NCBI RefSeq assembly: GCF_006345805.1
Contig: NC_043001.1
Location: forward strand, 132,680,001 to 132,744,000
DNA: 64,000 nucleotides
Origin: Octopus sinensis
Taxonomy: Eukaryota
Direction: 5' to 3'
Within the stretch, counting starts at the first letter, position 1; every line of letters starts with the position of its first letter. The notes beneath the pieces were generated by a model. That model was not told the origin of the DNA. It searched no databases and was given only the letters and a program-made list of their open reading frames with translations. Made by a program: the position numbers and the translations under genes. Shown one piece after another: positions 40,182-52,244 of the stretch.

Positions 40182-40509
40182 CGTTATATAAATAATTATT
40201 TCTCATTTCTTCTGACTAATCTCATTATTATTATTAATGTGTATGTATTGGTTTTGTGTTTGTGTGTGTCTGTCTGTCTGTAAATGCTTGTGATTCTCCA
40301 AATTTAAGAGTCATTAGTTAGCACTTTTTTGATGAGAAGTTGATGAAGAATAGGCTTTTCCATAACCAAAACACAGGCATCATTTTGCAGAATAATCTGA
40401 TACCTATTCCCAACATATAGAGGAACTAATGTAATGTAAATTGGATAATTATGCCTAGAAACAAAATAATGCATTTCCATTAGATTTAAATGCATGTTCT
40501 ATGAGCAAG

Positions 40510-41091
40510 TAGTCCAACACGTCGCTTTACAAGAGCCTGCTTTACGAGATCCTGGGTATACAATTTTTATATAATTAATATAAAACGGTTAAAGCAAAAG
40601 TTCCAAGTTTTGAACAAAGTGCAAAGGTCTCTACTACCATAACAAATGCTTCTGTGTGTTACCAAAAAATTTATAGAGAGCCAAAAAAAAGCTGCTTCTA
40701 AGCAAACATCTCTAGACTTGTTTTTTAAAAAGAAATCTAGAAGTCCATCTACAAGTACTTGTGAATCAGTGATCGCATCTACAAGTGATGATGTGCATGA
40801 CTAGTGTAAGTGAAAGTGATTCAGAAAACGATTACAATAATAATATTTTTTATTATAAATGATCTTGACATTCTTCATACTTTACATAAAATATTCTTTA
40901 GATTCTACTGTTTTTTTTTATTGCCAGTTATTTATGAGTATTATAAATTTTTATAGATAAAATATTTATCTGGGAACAAATTATGATTTACAACATTGCT
41001 ACTATGGGAAATTATCGCTCTGCTTTATGAGTCTTTGCTTTACAAGCAGTCTCTGAGAACAAATTAACTCATATATGAAGGCATTACTGTA
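40510..41091 (+). mobile_element. Tigger/pogo-like DNA transposon remnant
   Basis: Encodes CYQKIYR...KKAASKQTSLDLFFKKK (recognised as a Tigger C-terminal motif); ends GAACAAATTAACTCATATATGAAGGCATTACTG followed by TA. Confidence 0.6.
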
Positions 41092-42609
41092 GTCCAATAT
41101 CAAAGATATCTCCCCACTAAATCTATTTAAAATGCTTGACCCAAAATATAAAAGTCCATAATGTTGTTAACATTAAAGACATTTTGTTGTTCATCTTTTA
41201 CAAATTCTTTGGCAGAACATTGAGAATTAGACAAACAATTCAATGAAATAGAAAACTTTTCATGACCTTTAATGAATTAGAGTCATTATTGAAGACTTCA
41301 TTTTAATATAGAGTGTTGAGGGAAAGTTAATCTTCAGACAATTGACTTCAGCCAGAAACCCCATGCCTGAAGAAAAATGGCTCGAACAGACAGACATTCA
41401 GCCTTTGTTTTATATTCAATTTGCCAAGAGTCTGCTATGTCTCTATGTATAGTTCTTCATAGAATTTCATGAAAATGTGTAACAGTTATGTATTTTTTAC
41501 TAAAGGAAATAATTTTATACAGAAACAAATAAAAACATAAATAAAGAAATAAATACATAATTTTATTTTATCAATTTGTGTTACATAAACCATGAGTAAC
41601 TGATGTGAGTTTGAACATAGCAAAGTAAACTTAAAAATAAAAAAAAACTATCTTCATTTTCTTTAAGTTTTTTGGTTAAATTTAATTGCATTTTCAATTT
41701 TTTTTCCTTAATAAATTATTTCTTTGTGAGTAAAAATTTCCCCAGTTTGGTATCAACTCAAAGTGTGCATATGCATGTTTATGTCTGAGTAAATTCTCTT
41801 TGTAATTTAACTTTCTAAAATTATGACCACAGACAATTACATTTTGTAATTAACGTTGATACTGTTTAGTTCATTAAACATAAAATGAAAGCATTGGAAC
41901 AGAAAAGTTCAATTTGGTAGATTGCTTCTCTTGATTAAAATTCATTCTGAAAAACTATTCATAAATCATAACAGTAGCTGAGAAAAGGCTTAAAAGTTGC
42001 ATATGATCACAACTAATTTCAGAGAAATTTCATTTCAAGATTGTCGGCGTAACCCATTGGTTTAGGCTGTTCACTTCATGCAGCAATCAGAAATAAATTC
42101 AATCCCATAATTCATTGGTGAATATTTAACAGGAATGGATAATGACAATATTTTAGATGCCAACAGAATAGCATAAAAGGGTTGAGATGATGGTATGGAT
42201 ACATTAAGGGAATTGATAAAAGGAGCTGGTTGAATAATTATTAAAACACTGCTTTTGCTTTGTTTTTTATTTGTTTGTTTATTTATTATTATTATTGTTA
42301 TTATTATTATCATTATTGTTATTATTATTATTATTATTATCATTATTAATATTATTATTACAGACTGCTTTTGGAGAGGGAAATGAAAAGGATGCATGGG
42401 TGTACAGTAGTAAATTGTGAATCTCCAAGTGATGTCTTTAATTAGATTCTATATTAAACTCAAGATCAAATGAAGGGGAGCTGTTAGAAAAGAGTCTCTG
42501 CAGACCACGCCCATAAAGATACTAAAATACTATTGAATAGACAAAAGTATAGAATATACACATGTGTGTCTGTATACATGTATATGGAAGCGAGAGTGAG
42601 TGTGTGTGC

Positions 42610-42650
<41 letters not shown>

Positions 42651-43094
42651 TGTGTGTGTGTGTGTATGTGTGTGTGTGTTTGTGTATGTGTGTGTGTGAG
42701 TGTATGTGTGATGTGTGAGTAATCTCTTCTTCATTAAAAATTAATCTTCAGGTTTAGAGTAAACTGAAAGTATCTTACCAAGAAATTATTGTCACACAAT
42801 GACGGCTGATAAACTAAAATTCATATAAATATATCTTAAGCTCAACTTGTAATTAGCCCAACATCATACAATACAATATAGGTCTATTTCACATTATACA
42901 TATTAGGGAATTGCCTACTATTTATTTTGAATGACTTGGAGCATATAAACACATGGACAGATGAACGTGTCGTGCTCAGAATAAGTTAGAGCAGATCTGC
43001 ATTCATAAATTAGACAGTTAATGATGCAAATATATAAATATTTACATTCTTGACCACATGCTGGAAATGTGTGTGTGAATGTTATAAATATATT

Positions 43095-43548
43095 TGCATG
43101 TATACATAGATACATACATACATACATACATGCATACATACACACACATAAATACATACATACATACACACATACATACACACATACATACATACATACA
43201 TACACACACACGCATGCATGCATACATACATAAATACATACATACATACATACATACATACATACACACATATACACACACATACATACATACATACATA
43301 CATACATACATACACACGCACGCATGCATACATACATACATACATGCATACACACATACATACGTACATACATACATACATGCACGCACGCACGCACACA
43401 CACATACATACATACATACATACATACATACATACACATACATAAATACACACACACACACACATACATACATACATACATACATACATACATACATACA
43501 TACATACATACACACATACATACACACACACATACATACATACATACA

Positions 43549-43580
<32 letters not shown>
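43095..43580. repeat. (CATA)n microsatellite
   Basis: Direct reading. Confidence 0.95.
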
Positions 43581-43581
<1 letters not shown>

Positions 43582-43793
43582 CACCATCATTTTCATCATC
43601 GTTTAACGCCTGCCTTCCATGCTGGCATGGATTGAATGGTTTGATAGGAGCCAGCCAGGCAGAAAACTACATCAGGCTTCTGTGTCTGTTTTGGCATGGT
43701 TTTTATGGCTGGGTGCTCTTCTTAACACCAACCACCCTGCATACATATATACATGCACATATCAATACATACACATCTTATATATCTTATATA

Positions 43794-44024
43794 AGGCGGC
43801 GAGCTGGCAGAATCGTTAGCACGCCGTGCAAAATGCCTAGCAGTATTTCGTCTGTCGTTACGTTCTGAGTTCAAATTCCGCCGAGGTTGACTTTGCCTTT
43901 CATCCTTTCGGGGTCGATAAATTAAGTACCAGTTTCGCACTGGGGTCGATGTAATCGACTTAATCCCTTTGTCTGTCCTTGTTTGTCCCTTCTATGTTTA
44001 GCCCCTTGTGGGTAATAAAGAAAC
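43794..44024 (+). mobile_element. SINE family B with 14-bp TSD
   Basis: ATATATCTTATATA at 43780-43793 and 44025-44038. Confidence 0.88.
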
Positions 44025-44045
44025 ATATATCTTATATACACTCAT

Positions 44046-44418
44046 AGGTGCAGGAGTGGTTGTGTGGTAAGTAGCTTGTTTACCAACCACATGGTTCCGG
44101 ATTCAGTTCCACTGGATGGCACCTTGGGCAAGTGTTTTCTACTATAGCCTCGGGCCAACCAAAGCCTTGTGAGTGGATTTGGTAGACGGAAACTGAAAGA
44201 AGCCTGTCGTATATATGTATATATATATATATGCGTTTGTGTGTTTGTGTGTCTGTGTTTGTCCCCCTAGCATTGCTTGACAACCGATGCTGGTGTGTTT
44301 ATGTCCCCGTTACTTAGCGGTTCAAAAAGAATAAGTCCCGGGGTCGAGTTGCTCGATTAAAGGCAGTGCTCCAGCATGGTCGCAGTCAAATGACTGAAAC
44401 AAGTAAAAGAGTAAAAGA
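44046..44418 (+). mobile_element. tRNA-derived SINE, family A (internal deletion)
   Basis: Family match. Confidence 0.88.
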
Positions 44419-45156
44419 GAGAGAGAGTATATATATATGTAGATAACACACAGCATGACACAGTATTGACTTATAAATATATAATATTATGGTTATAAGC
44501 TAAAATATTGTTGCCCTACCATCAATTAAATATATGAACCAGTTGTCGGGTATGTTATTAATATGCAAATTAATCTTTCCAAATATGTTACAACTCTAAA
44601 CCTACTAGATATTTAAGCAATGTATTCATTGATAGGTGATAGCTAGATGAGTTGCTGATGAGAGGACAATAATTCTTGAAATATGCATATACACGCATTA
44701 CCTATTTTTTATGGCTTTGACAATATTGTTTACATGGACATATTTGTTTACAAAATGTTGTAACTTACAGTGCTGGCTCTGAATTCTATAGAAAATTTAT
44801 GGAGACAATCTTAAAAATATATATAACTGCACCAACCAATCTATTGGATGTTGTCATACAGCACTGGTCAAGATGTACTTCCTCCCATTGCTCTAGTATT
44901 CGGATAATGCCATCACACTGGCTAGATTGACAAGCCAATGTCACCCCAGTCTTCAGTAGGAGTACCCATTTATAACTGAATGGCTTGGAGCAATGTGAAA
45001 TGAAAGTCAAAACCATGATCTTATGAGCATGGATACAATGCTCAAATTACTCAGCAATGTGCCTTCACTATCTATCTATCTCTCTATAGATAGATAGAGA
45101 TAGACAGAGAGACAGATAGATAGATAAATAGACAGACAGACAGACAGACAGACAGG

Positions 45157-45192
<36 letters not shown>

Positions 45193-46654
45193 CAGAAAGA
45201 TAGATATAGATATATAATATATAATGTATGTATCTTATATATATATATTGTATATATAATGTATCTTGTATGTGTGTATATATATATATATATTCTTTTA
45301 TTATTTTATTTGTTTCAGTCATTTGACTGTGGCCATGCTGGAGTACCACCTTAAGTCAAACAAATCAATCCCAGGACTTATTCTTTGTAAGCCTAGTACA
45401 TATTGTACCAGTACTGCACCTATAACTACACATGTGCCTATAATCACACCTTCCCCTATATATGTGTTTATATATGTGTATGCGTGTGTGTGTGTTTATA
45501 TATTTATATATATATATATGTATGTATGTATATATGTATGTGTGTGTGTATATATATATATCTATATATATATATAATATATATATATAATAGAAAAAAT
45601 TGGAGGAGTACAGTTGGAGACTTATTTCTTAATCACAACAAGTGTTTCTTTGAAAAGTAGTTCACCAGGCAATCAAGTACATGATTATGTAACTGTTTCC
45701 CTGCATTGCAAATTCTAGTTGTGTTTCATCAGGTGATACGTAAATATTGTCTCAGTAAGTTCAATATCCTTGGCGCCAAGAACATCCTCTCTGTCTGTCA
45801 TGGCCTATCAGGGTGAGTTGTTGCTGAAGGACTGTTGGCACACTGCTTTCAATGTGTAGATATAATGGGATGTTGATTCTACTACTGTTACAGTGGTTGC
45901 CATTTTAAAGGGATTGGCATTTGATTTCTTTGTACTATTGATTTGTTCTTCATGGTTGGTTACACATGCAATTGTGCTAAGCTAACCTTTAAGATTTGGC
46001 CTGCACATACAGATACATGTTGGTTCACATATACTTCCATATATATACTAATGCTTGGACAGATACACATACACACACACACATATATATATATTCACAT
46101 ACATATACATATATACATATATATAATATATATATATATATATATGTGGTGTGTGTGTGTGTGTGTGGTGTCGGTGGAGAGGATGACAGATGAGGTGGGT
46201 AGAAGTAGGGCTTGCAGGGGCCCGGTGGAAGACTGGAAGGTGCATGTGCAGGGGGGGTGAGCGGTCAAGCGGGACGCACATGTGGCGATCAAGGAATCAG
46301 TTAGAGCAGGATGTGTCGAATTTGAAAGAGACCTGATCTTCACTGAGGTAAGACCTCTTTGTATTTCTTTCTCCTTCTTCTGTTGTCCTCTTCATCCATC
46401 ACACTACAATATATATATATATATGTGTGTGTGTGTGAGTGTGTATGTGTGTGTGTTTATATATATATTAATATATATATATATATATTATATATATATA
46501 TATGTATGTATGTATGTATGTATATGTGTGTATATTATATAATATATATATATATATATATTTGATAGAAAGGCCATTCAAAATGTGACCGCATGTGTAT
46601 TGTTGGCGATTTCTTTCCTCCATTTTCCCTTTCTTGGATCTTTCCTTTTCCTAT

Positions 46655-46689
46655 GTTACTGATGAAGAGCTCCACTCGAAACATTAAAA
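46655..46689 (+). ncRNA. Minimal hammerhead motif (degenerate) inside a ~230-bp repeat (46561-46790) embedded in (TA)n
   Basis: GUUA-CUGAUGA-A-GAG-CUCCA-CUC-GAAAC-AUU-AAAA; a homologous element lies on the minus strand at 61898-62040. Confidence 0.5.
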
Positions 46690-47039
46690 TCCTTCTTTCT
46701 TTCCTTTCCTGAGCATCCAATAACACTATACTTGTTCCAAGTCCTCGTGTTGTTGTGTTTTTTCTTTGTGTTTTCATGTTTGGTTATATATATATGTATA
46801 TATATATATATGTATGCATGATGTATATATACATATATATATGATGAATATATATACATATGATATATATATATGATATATATATATGTGTGTATATATA
46901 TATATATATGTATGTATGTACGCACCACCCCCCTGCCCAATGGACGGTGCTGAGTTGTCAAACATTTAAACCAAATTTTCACAAAACATGTCCGACCGTC
47001 CCATAGGCCTCCCCTTTGAGAAACACTGATTTAACTTGA

Positions 47040-47592
47040 ATTTGAGACACTAACAAAACAAGAAATAAAGATAGACTTTTATCTATTCCAAAGAAAACCG
47101 ATTTTATTCACACAAATATGCGACCAAAGAATTTAAAGTACCAGTAATGATAAGGCTGTTGACTGGGAGAACACAAACATGGTTTAAACAGTAAGCTTGG
47201 CAGGAAAGAAACGTGCCTTTAAGCAGTACAAAAACAACAAAAAATGGAAGGTGCAGTTATGTACAGGTTGACAGAAGAAAAGCAGGACAAAAATGATGCA
47301 TGCAAATGGGTTATCTGGAGGTAAGTCTAGATGGAAAACCATGATGATATTTTTGTGCAAACTGCACATGCATTTTTCTCCCATTCGTGTAGTATCAATC
47401 ACAACAGCTGATGTACTTGTGCATACAAATGCACATTCCCACGGCTTTATCGATCGCATTCTCACATGGAATAGACTTTTGTAACGTTTTCAAGACTTAT
47501 ACACGCCCTGATTTGAGCGCAATCAGATGGAGGATGCCCGAGATCCTAGAAGACACACACACAGACAGACAGAACGGATTTTATATAATAGA
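47040..47592 (-). mobile_element. Helitron-like element 5' portion
   Basis: Minus strand starts A|TCTATTATATAAAATCCGTTCTGTCTGTCTGTGTG, like the 5' ends at 8843 and 50896; 3' end not identified. Confidence 0.5.
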
Positions 47593-47598
47593 TATATA

Positions 47599-47641
<43 letters not shown>

Positions 47642-47736
47642 ATATATATATACATATATATATAATAATATATAATATATATAATATATATAAATATGTA
47701 TATATATATATATATATATATGATATAAATATATCT

Positions 47737-47790
<54 letters not shown>

Positions 47791-47874
47791 GATATATATA
47801 TATATATATATGATATATATTAATATATATATATATATTATATATATCATATATATATATTATATATATATGAT

Positions 47875-47927
<53 letters not shown>

Positions 47928-47990
47928 ATATATACATATATATATATGATATATGTATATATATATATATATATATGATTATTAATATAG
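47593..47990. repeat. (TA)n microsatellite
   Basis: Direct reading. Confidence 0.95.
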
Positions 47991-48070
47991 TAAAGAATAT
48001 AAAATTCCAAACTTAAGGGAAAAATTCAATTTAGCAATACTAAATCAAATTTTACAATATATAATATATA

Positions 48071-48328
48071 TATATAATTAAGAGAAATAACCTCTATTAA
48101 GTAATTCAATTGATAGTGAAAGATATTATCTATATTGAATCATGTAGAAAAAATTTAAATATATTTAGATAAATATTATTCTAAAAATCACTAAATTATT
48201 AAATTAAGTGATGTTTTGAATAATATTTATCATAATATATTTAAATTTTTTCTACATGATTCAATATAGATAATATCTTTCACTATCAATTGAATTACTT
48301 AATAGAGATTATTTCTCTTAATTATATA
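48071..48328. repeat. ~258-bp near-perfect palindrome
   Basis: TATATAATTAAGAGAAAT...ATCACT pairs with AGTGAT...ATTTCTCTTAATTATATA; ~125-bp arms, tiny loop. Confidence 0.9.
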
Positions 48329-48507
48329 CATGTAGTATATACATATATATGTGTATATATATATATATATATAAGTTCAGCAACAATTTAGATTCAAATG
48401 AATATGGTACTTAATTTAGATACACCAGAATTTTGTATGGTGTTACCCATAAAAATATGTGGGGTGATTATAATCAAAAAATAATAAGCAACAAGAATGA
48501 ATCCGGT

Positions 48508-48599
48508 AATTTAGTACAATTGTTTCATACTACAACATTTTGTTAAAAGCTGTAAATATTACAGCATATTTAAGATGTTGAGTAATCTTCAGCTAAATT
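48508..48599 (-). ncRNA. Type I hammerhead ribozyme
   Basis: Stem I AAUUUAG/CUAAAUU; core CUGAAGA; stem II U.U, UACU/AGUA, CAACAU/AUGUUG, with an inner GCUGUAA/UUACAGC hairpin; GAAAC-AAUU-GUA cleavage triplet; palindromic stem III ACAAUUGU. Confidence 0.8.
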
Positions 48600-48888
48600 T
48601 TATATAGGTTTTCCAATAATATAAAGTTTTCAAATCAATTAATAACATCTTAGGGAAGGTAAATATACAGATAAAGATGTAGATATGAATCTTAGGAACG
48701 TGAGGTCGTGTAGTTCAGATGCTAACTGACCAAAACCTCGGTTGCAACGGAGGTTTTGGTCAGTTAGCATCTGAACAACACGACCTCACGTTCCTAAGAT
48801 TCATATCTACATCTTAATCTGTATATTTACCTTCCCTAAGATGTTATTAATTGATTTGAGAACTTTATATTATTGGAAAACCTATATA

Positions 48889-48978
48889 AATTAGCTGAAG
48901 ATTACTTGGCATCTTAAATCTGCTGTAATATTTACAGCTTTTAATAAAATGTTGTAGTATGAAACAATTGTACTAATT
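48889..48978 (+). ncRNA. Type I hammerhead ribozyme
   Basis: Stem I AAUUAG/CUAAUU, CUGAAGA, stem II UACU/AGUA, GAAACAAUUGUA; predicted cleavage after 48972. Confidence 0.78.
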
Positions 48979-49042
48979 ACCGGATTCATTCTTGTTGCTT
49001 ATTATTTTTTGATATATATATATATGCATATATATATATATA

Positions 49043-49192
<150 letters not shown>

Positions 49193-49274
49193 TATATACA
49201 TATATATATGTGTGTGTATATATATATGTATATATAACTGTAAATGTAATATGTGACAATTATTCGGTAGCCAT

Positions 49275-49335
49275 GATAAAACTCCGAGTTTCGGATGCCA
49301 AGGTGGAAATCCACACCGCCATCTCTTCAGTTATC
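49275..49335 (-). ncRNA. Type I hammerhead ribozyme
   Basis: GAUAA-CUGAAGA-GAUG...GUGGA-UU-UCCAC...CAUC-C-GAAAC-UCGGA-GUU-UUAUC; stem I GAUAA/UUAUC. Confidence 0.7.
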
Positions 49336-49674
49336 TGGCCATTGGAAAAAATGCTATGAATATGACCGTTATACAAAGGGAAATTACTGTGCGATTGACC
49401 GTTATTAAGATAAAAGAGCTATTTGAATGACCGCTAAGTGAGGGGAGGGAGTAAAAGTAAGGAGGTAAAAAGTTCATAGTATTCGCATAATCGCGCTTGT
49501 GTAGGTATGAACATGCACACTATGCGAATACTATGAAATTTTTACCCCCTTACTTTTACTCCCTCCCCTCACTTAGCGGTCATTCAAATAGCTCTTTTGT
49601 CTTAATAACGGTCAATCGCACAGTAATTTCCCTTTGTATAACGGTCATATTCATAGCATTTTTTCTGATGGCTG

Positions 49675-49735
49675 GATAACTGAAGAGATGGCAGTGCGGA
49701 TCTCCACCTCAGCACCTGAAACTCAGAGTTTTATC
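49675..49735 (+). ncRNA. Type I hammerhead ribozyme (stem II weakened)
   Basis: GAUAA-CUGAAGA-GAUG...CACCU-GAAAC-UCAGA-GUU-UUAUC. Confidence 0.55.
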
Positions 49736-49863
49736 ATGGCTGCCAAATAATTGTCACATATTACATTTACAGATAAACTCCTCTATTTACATAATATCGA
49801 GGTCTCTTTCATATATATTTATATATATATAATCAAAATAAGCAACAAGGATATCCAGAGGTA

Positions 49864-49953
49864 ATGCAGTACGATCGTTTCATGCAACTCCATTTAGTTG
49901 AACAATGAAAATATTACATCAGTTTTAAAATCTAGAGCAATCTTCAGCTGCAT
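49864..49953 (-). ncRNA. Type I hammerhead ribozyme
   Basis: Stem I AUGCAG/CUGCAU, CUGAAGA, stem II U.U then UGC/GCA, GAAAC-GAUC-GUA; palindromic stem III ACGAUCGU. Confidence 0.75.
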
Positions 49954-50171
49954 AAAAATATAGAATTTAGTTAAATTCAAAGGGTTCATTTGTATAGTTA
50001 TTCTATTCACCAAAACCACAAAGAGGATAAGTAGATAGACAAAGGACATGTTTCAACAACATCATAGTTGTAACTGATATTTTTACACAGGAAGACACTG
50101 CTTATCATTGATTTTAATTTGTTATTCAGATTTACTACCATGGGGGGAGGGGTTTAGCTCCAATTTATAGA

Positions 50172-50520
50172 CTAGTTTATCAAGTCTAATGGAAACTAGA
50201 ATCTATCCATAAAAGATAGGGTAAAAAGACAAAAAATAAACAACCACAATTCATCTTTTAGAGATAAACATAAGACAAGTTGCACAACATTGTCCAATAC
50301 AATTTGGGAGTTAAAAGAAAAGAAAATTATATTTAGCCTTAAATGGGACATAGTAAGAAAGGCACAACCTTATAAAAACAGCAGATATGGATGTACGCTT
50401 TGCTCTATGGAGATATATGAAATTTTGAAACATAGGGATAATGTAAACTTATTAAATAACCGTTTTGAACTAGGAGAATCGTGAATACATTGTACTACCC
50501 GTACTTTTAAATATTTTTAA
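50172..50520 (+). mobile_element. Penelope-like element GIY-YIG endonuclease remnant
   Basis: SIKDR...NHNSSFRDKHKTSCTTLSNTIWELKEKKIIFSLKWDIVRKAQPY...CTLCSMEIYEILKH...LLNNRFELGES*IH, recognised as the C-terminal half of a PLE GIY-YIG domain; N-terminal part disrupted. Confidence 0.75.
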
Positions 50521-50895
50521 AAATAGCATTCTGTTATTCCTAGATTTTAGATCTTAATGTTTTTTTAAAAATCAATAAGGAAATAGCATATCCTACTATA
50601 TTTTATTATTTAATCAGCAATAGTTACTAAGAAATTAAATTTAATTTAATAACATAAGCAAATTGAATAAAGTTGAATAATTTTTTTTTTAATTTCTAAA
50701 ATTATTACATAAATTCTATATATCTAATGAAGTCATTAAGTTGTATACTTACTCCACAATAAGTTTTAAAGATTTGGTAATTTTCATATCTATTTCTGCG
50801 AGAATTCTACTCTACCTAATCCTTTTCGATATTATAAATATTACCTCTAATAAGCCTAAATTATTATTCCCCATATAACCACACTTCACTCTTAA

Positions 50896-51185
50896 TCTTT
50901 ATATATAAAACTGAAGTTGTGTGAGAGTCTGTCTCCTCCGATTTAGATTCCTAACTACTCCCACATTTTGCGGTGCAGTTTAACCAAAAGCGGGTATCTT
51001 ATAGTCGTGATTCATATCGAGCCCTTCTGGGTATTAGCGCGCGTCTACAATTTAAAAAAAAATTTACCATCATTTTTTCGGATTTTTAATGCATTTTTTT
51101 GCTCGGTTTATATAAGTAACTCTCTAAAAATGCTTATATAGTTATTTCCCTTACAAACCCGAGCAACGCCAAGCAATACTACTAG
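50896..51185 (+). mobile_element. Non-autonomous Helitron (shorter copy of 8843-9241)
   Basis: A|TC...CTAG|T termini; lacks an internal duplicated segment present in the 8843 copy. Confidence 0.8.
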
Positions 51186-51870
51186 TACAAAATATAGGAT
51201 TTCCATATAAATAAATAATTATATTTTCATTTTTTTAAAAGTTACATTTTGGTTACCTCCCTTCCATTGTATTTTAAAGATTTTGATATGTTAGTCAATT
51301 AATGCCTTATTTACTGAGAATCTCCTCTTAAAAAGATATTCTAAATCTCCTTAATTAATATTTAAAACCTGATAAAAAATAGATAATAATATCTAAGTTA
51401 CTCGGTTTCTGTTTCTCTAAAACAACTCTACCCTCATGATCTTTGTATGTACTAGAATGCTTTATACAAATAGATTATAAATATATAGGTAAATAACATT
51501 TTATAAGTACCAATTAATAATTATAAATTATCATATAAGGAATAATAATAGCATTTTCTTAAATCTATAATAAAACCCAAAATTTTATAAAAGTTTTATT
51601 AACAAAATAATTTTTGCCCAATAACTTGATCATCTCTTTACCCAGTATTAAACACTAGTCATTTATGAATATTCTCATGATAAGTAAATAAAAATTTTAG
51701 TCTAAAAATTATAGAATTATAAAAAAATTTCTTCTAGCAAGTTACCTTACCTATTAATATAAATAAGCTAGGTCCGCTTTCTATGCTGGCATAGGTTGGA
51801 CGGTTTGACTGAAGACTGACAAGCCAGGCAGCTGCACCAGGCTTCAATCTGATCTGGCAAGGCTTCTACA

Positions 51871-52244
51871 AAGAAGCTTGAGAGGCGGTTGGATGGAACC
51901 TACACTCGCCTCCTTATGAGAGCTCAAAATCTCTCGTGGAAGCACCATCCAACCAAAATGCAAATATATGGGAAACTACCACCTGTGTCATCTCTTGTGA
52001 AAGGTAGGAGAGTCCAGTTTGCTGGACATTGTTGTAGAGCTAAAAAAGAAGTAATTTCTACTCTTCTCCTCTGGAAGCCATCTACTCGCAATACCAGAGG
52101 GCGCACACTCTCCTACCCTGATGTAATCTCCAGGGATACAGGCATCCAGCAACAGGACCTCCGTAATGCCATGATGGACTGTGAAGTCTGGCGTAGCATG
52201 GTAAATTCCATTGTCTTGACCACGGTCGAATAATGATGATGATG
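51871..52244 (+). mobile_element. 5'-truncated RTE-X-like LINE 3' end, nested inside an RTE-tail copy
   Basis: LDGTYTRLLMRAQNLSWKHHPTKMQIYGKLPPVS...RRVQFAGHC...DCEVWRSMV..*, then a (GAT)n tail. The host tail (51770-51870 + 52245-52260) resumes after an ACA duplication. Confidence 0.8.

Larger units (their letters stand above)
48473..49013. mobile_element. 541-bp spacerless palindrome (fold-back element) with a hammerhead in each arm
   Basis: Centre GTTG|CAAC at 48741-48748; arms differ by ~9 substitutions plus 2 small indels over ~270 bp. Confidence 0.9.
49238..49772. mobile_element. Fold-back element (~250-bp arms, 31-bp spacer 49490-49520) with a hammerhead in each arm
   Basis: CTGTAAATGTAATATGTGACAATTAT...GCATA and TATGC...ATAATTGTCACATATTACATTTACAG; ~17 substitutions, mostly transitions. 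Confidence 0.9.

Noticed and set aside
50700-50760. Expected hammerhead downstream of the GIY-YIG remnant (CTAATGAAGTCA...)
   Set aside because: The core is mutated and no GAAAC half is present.
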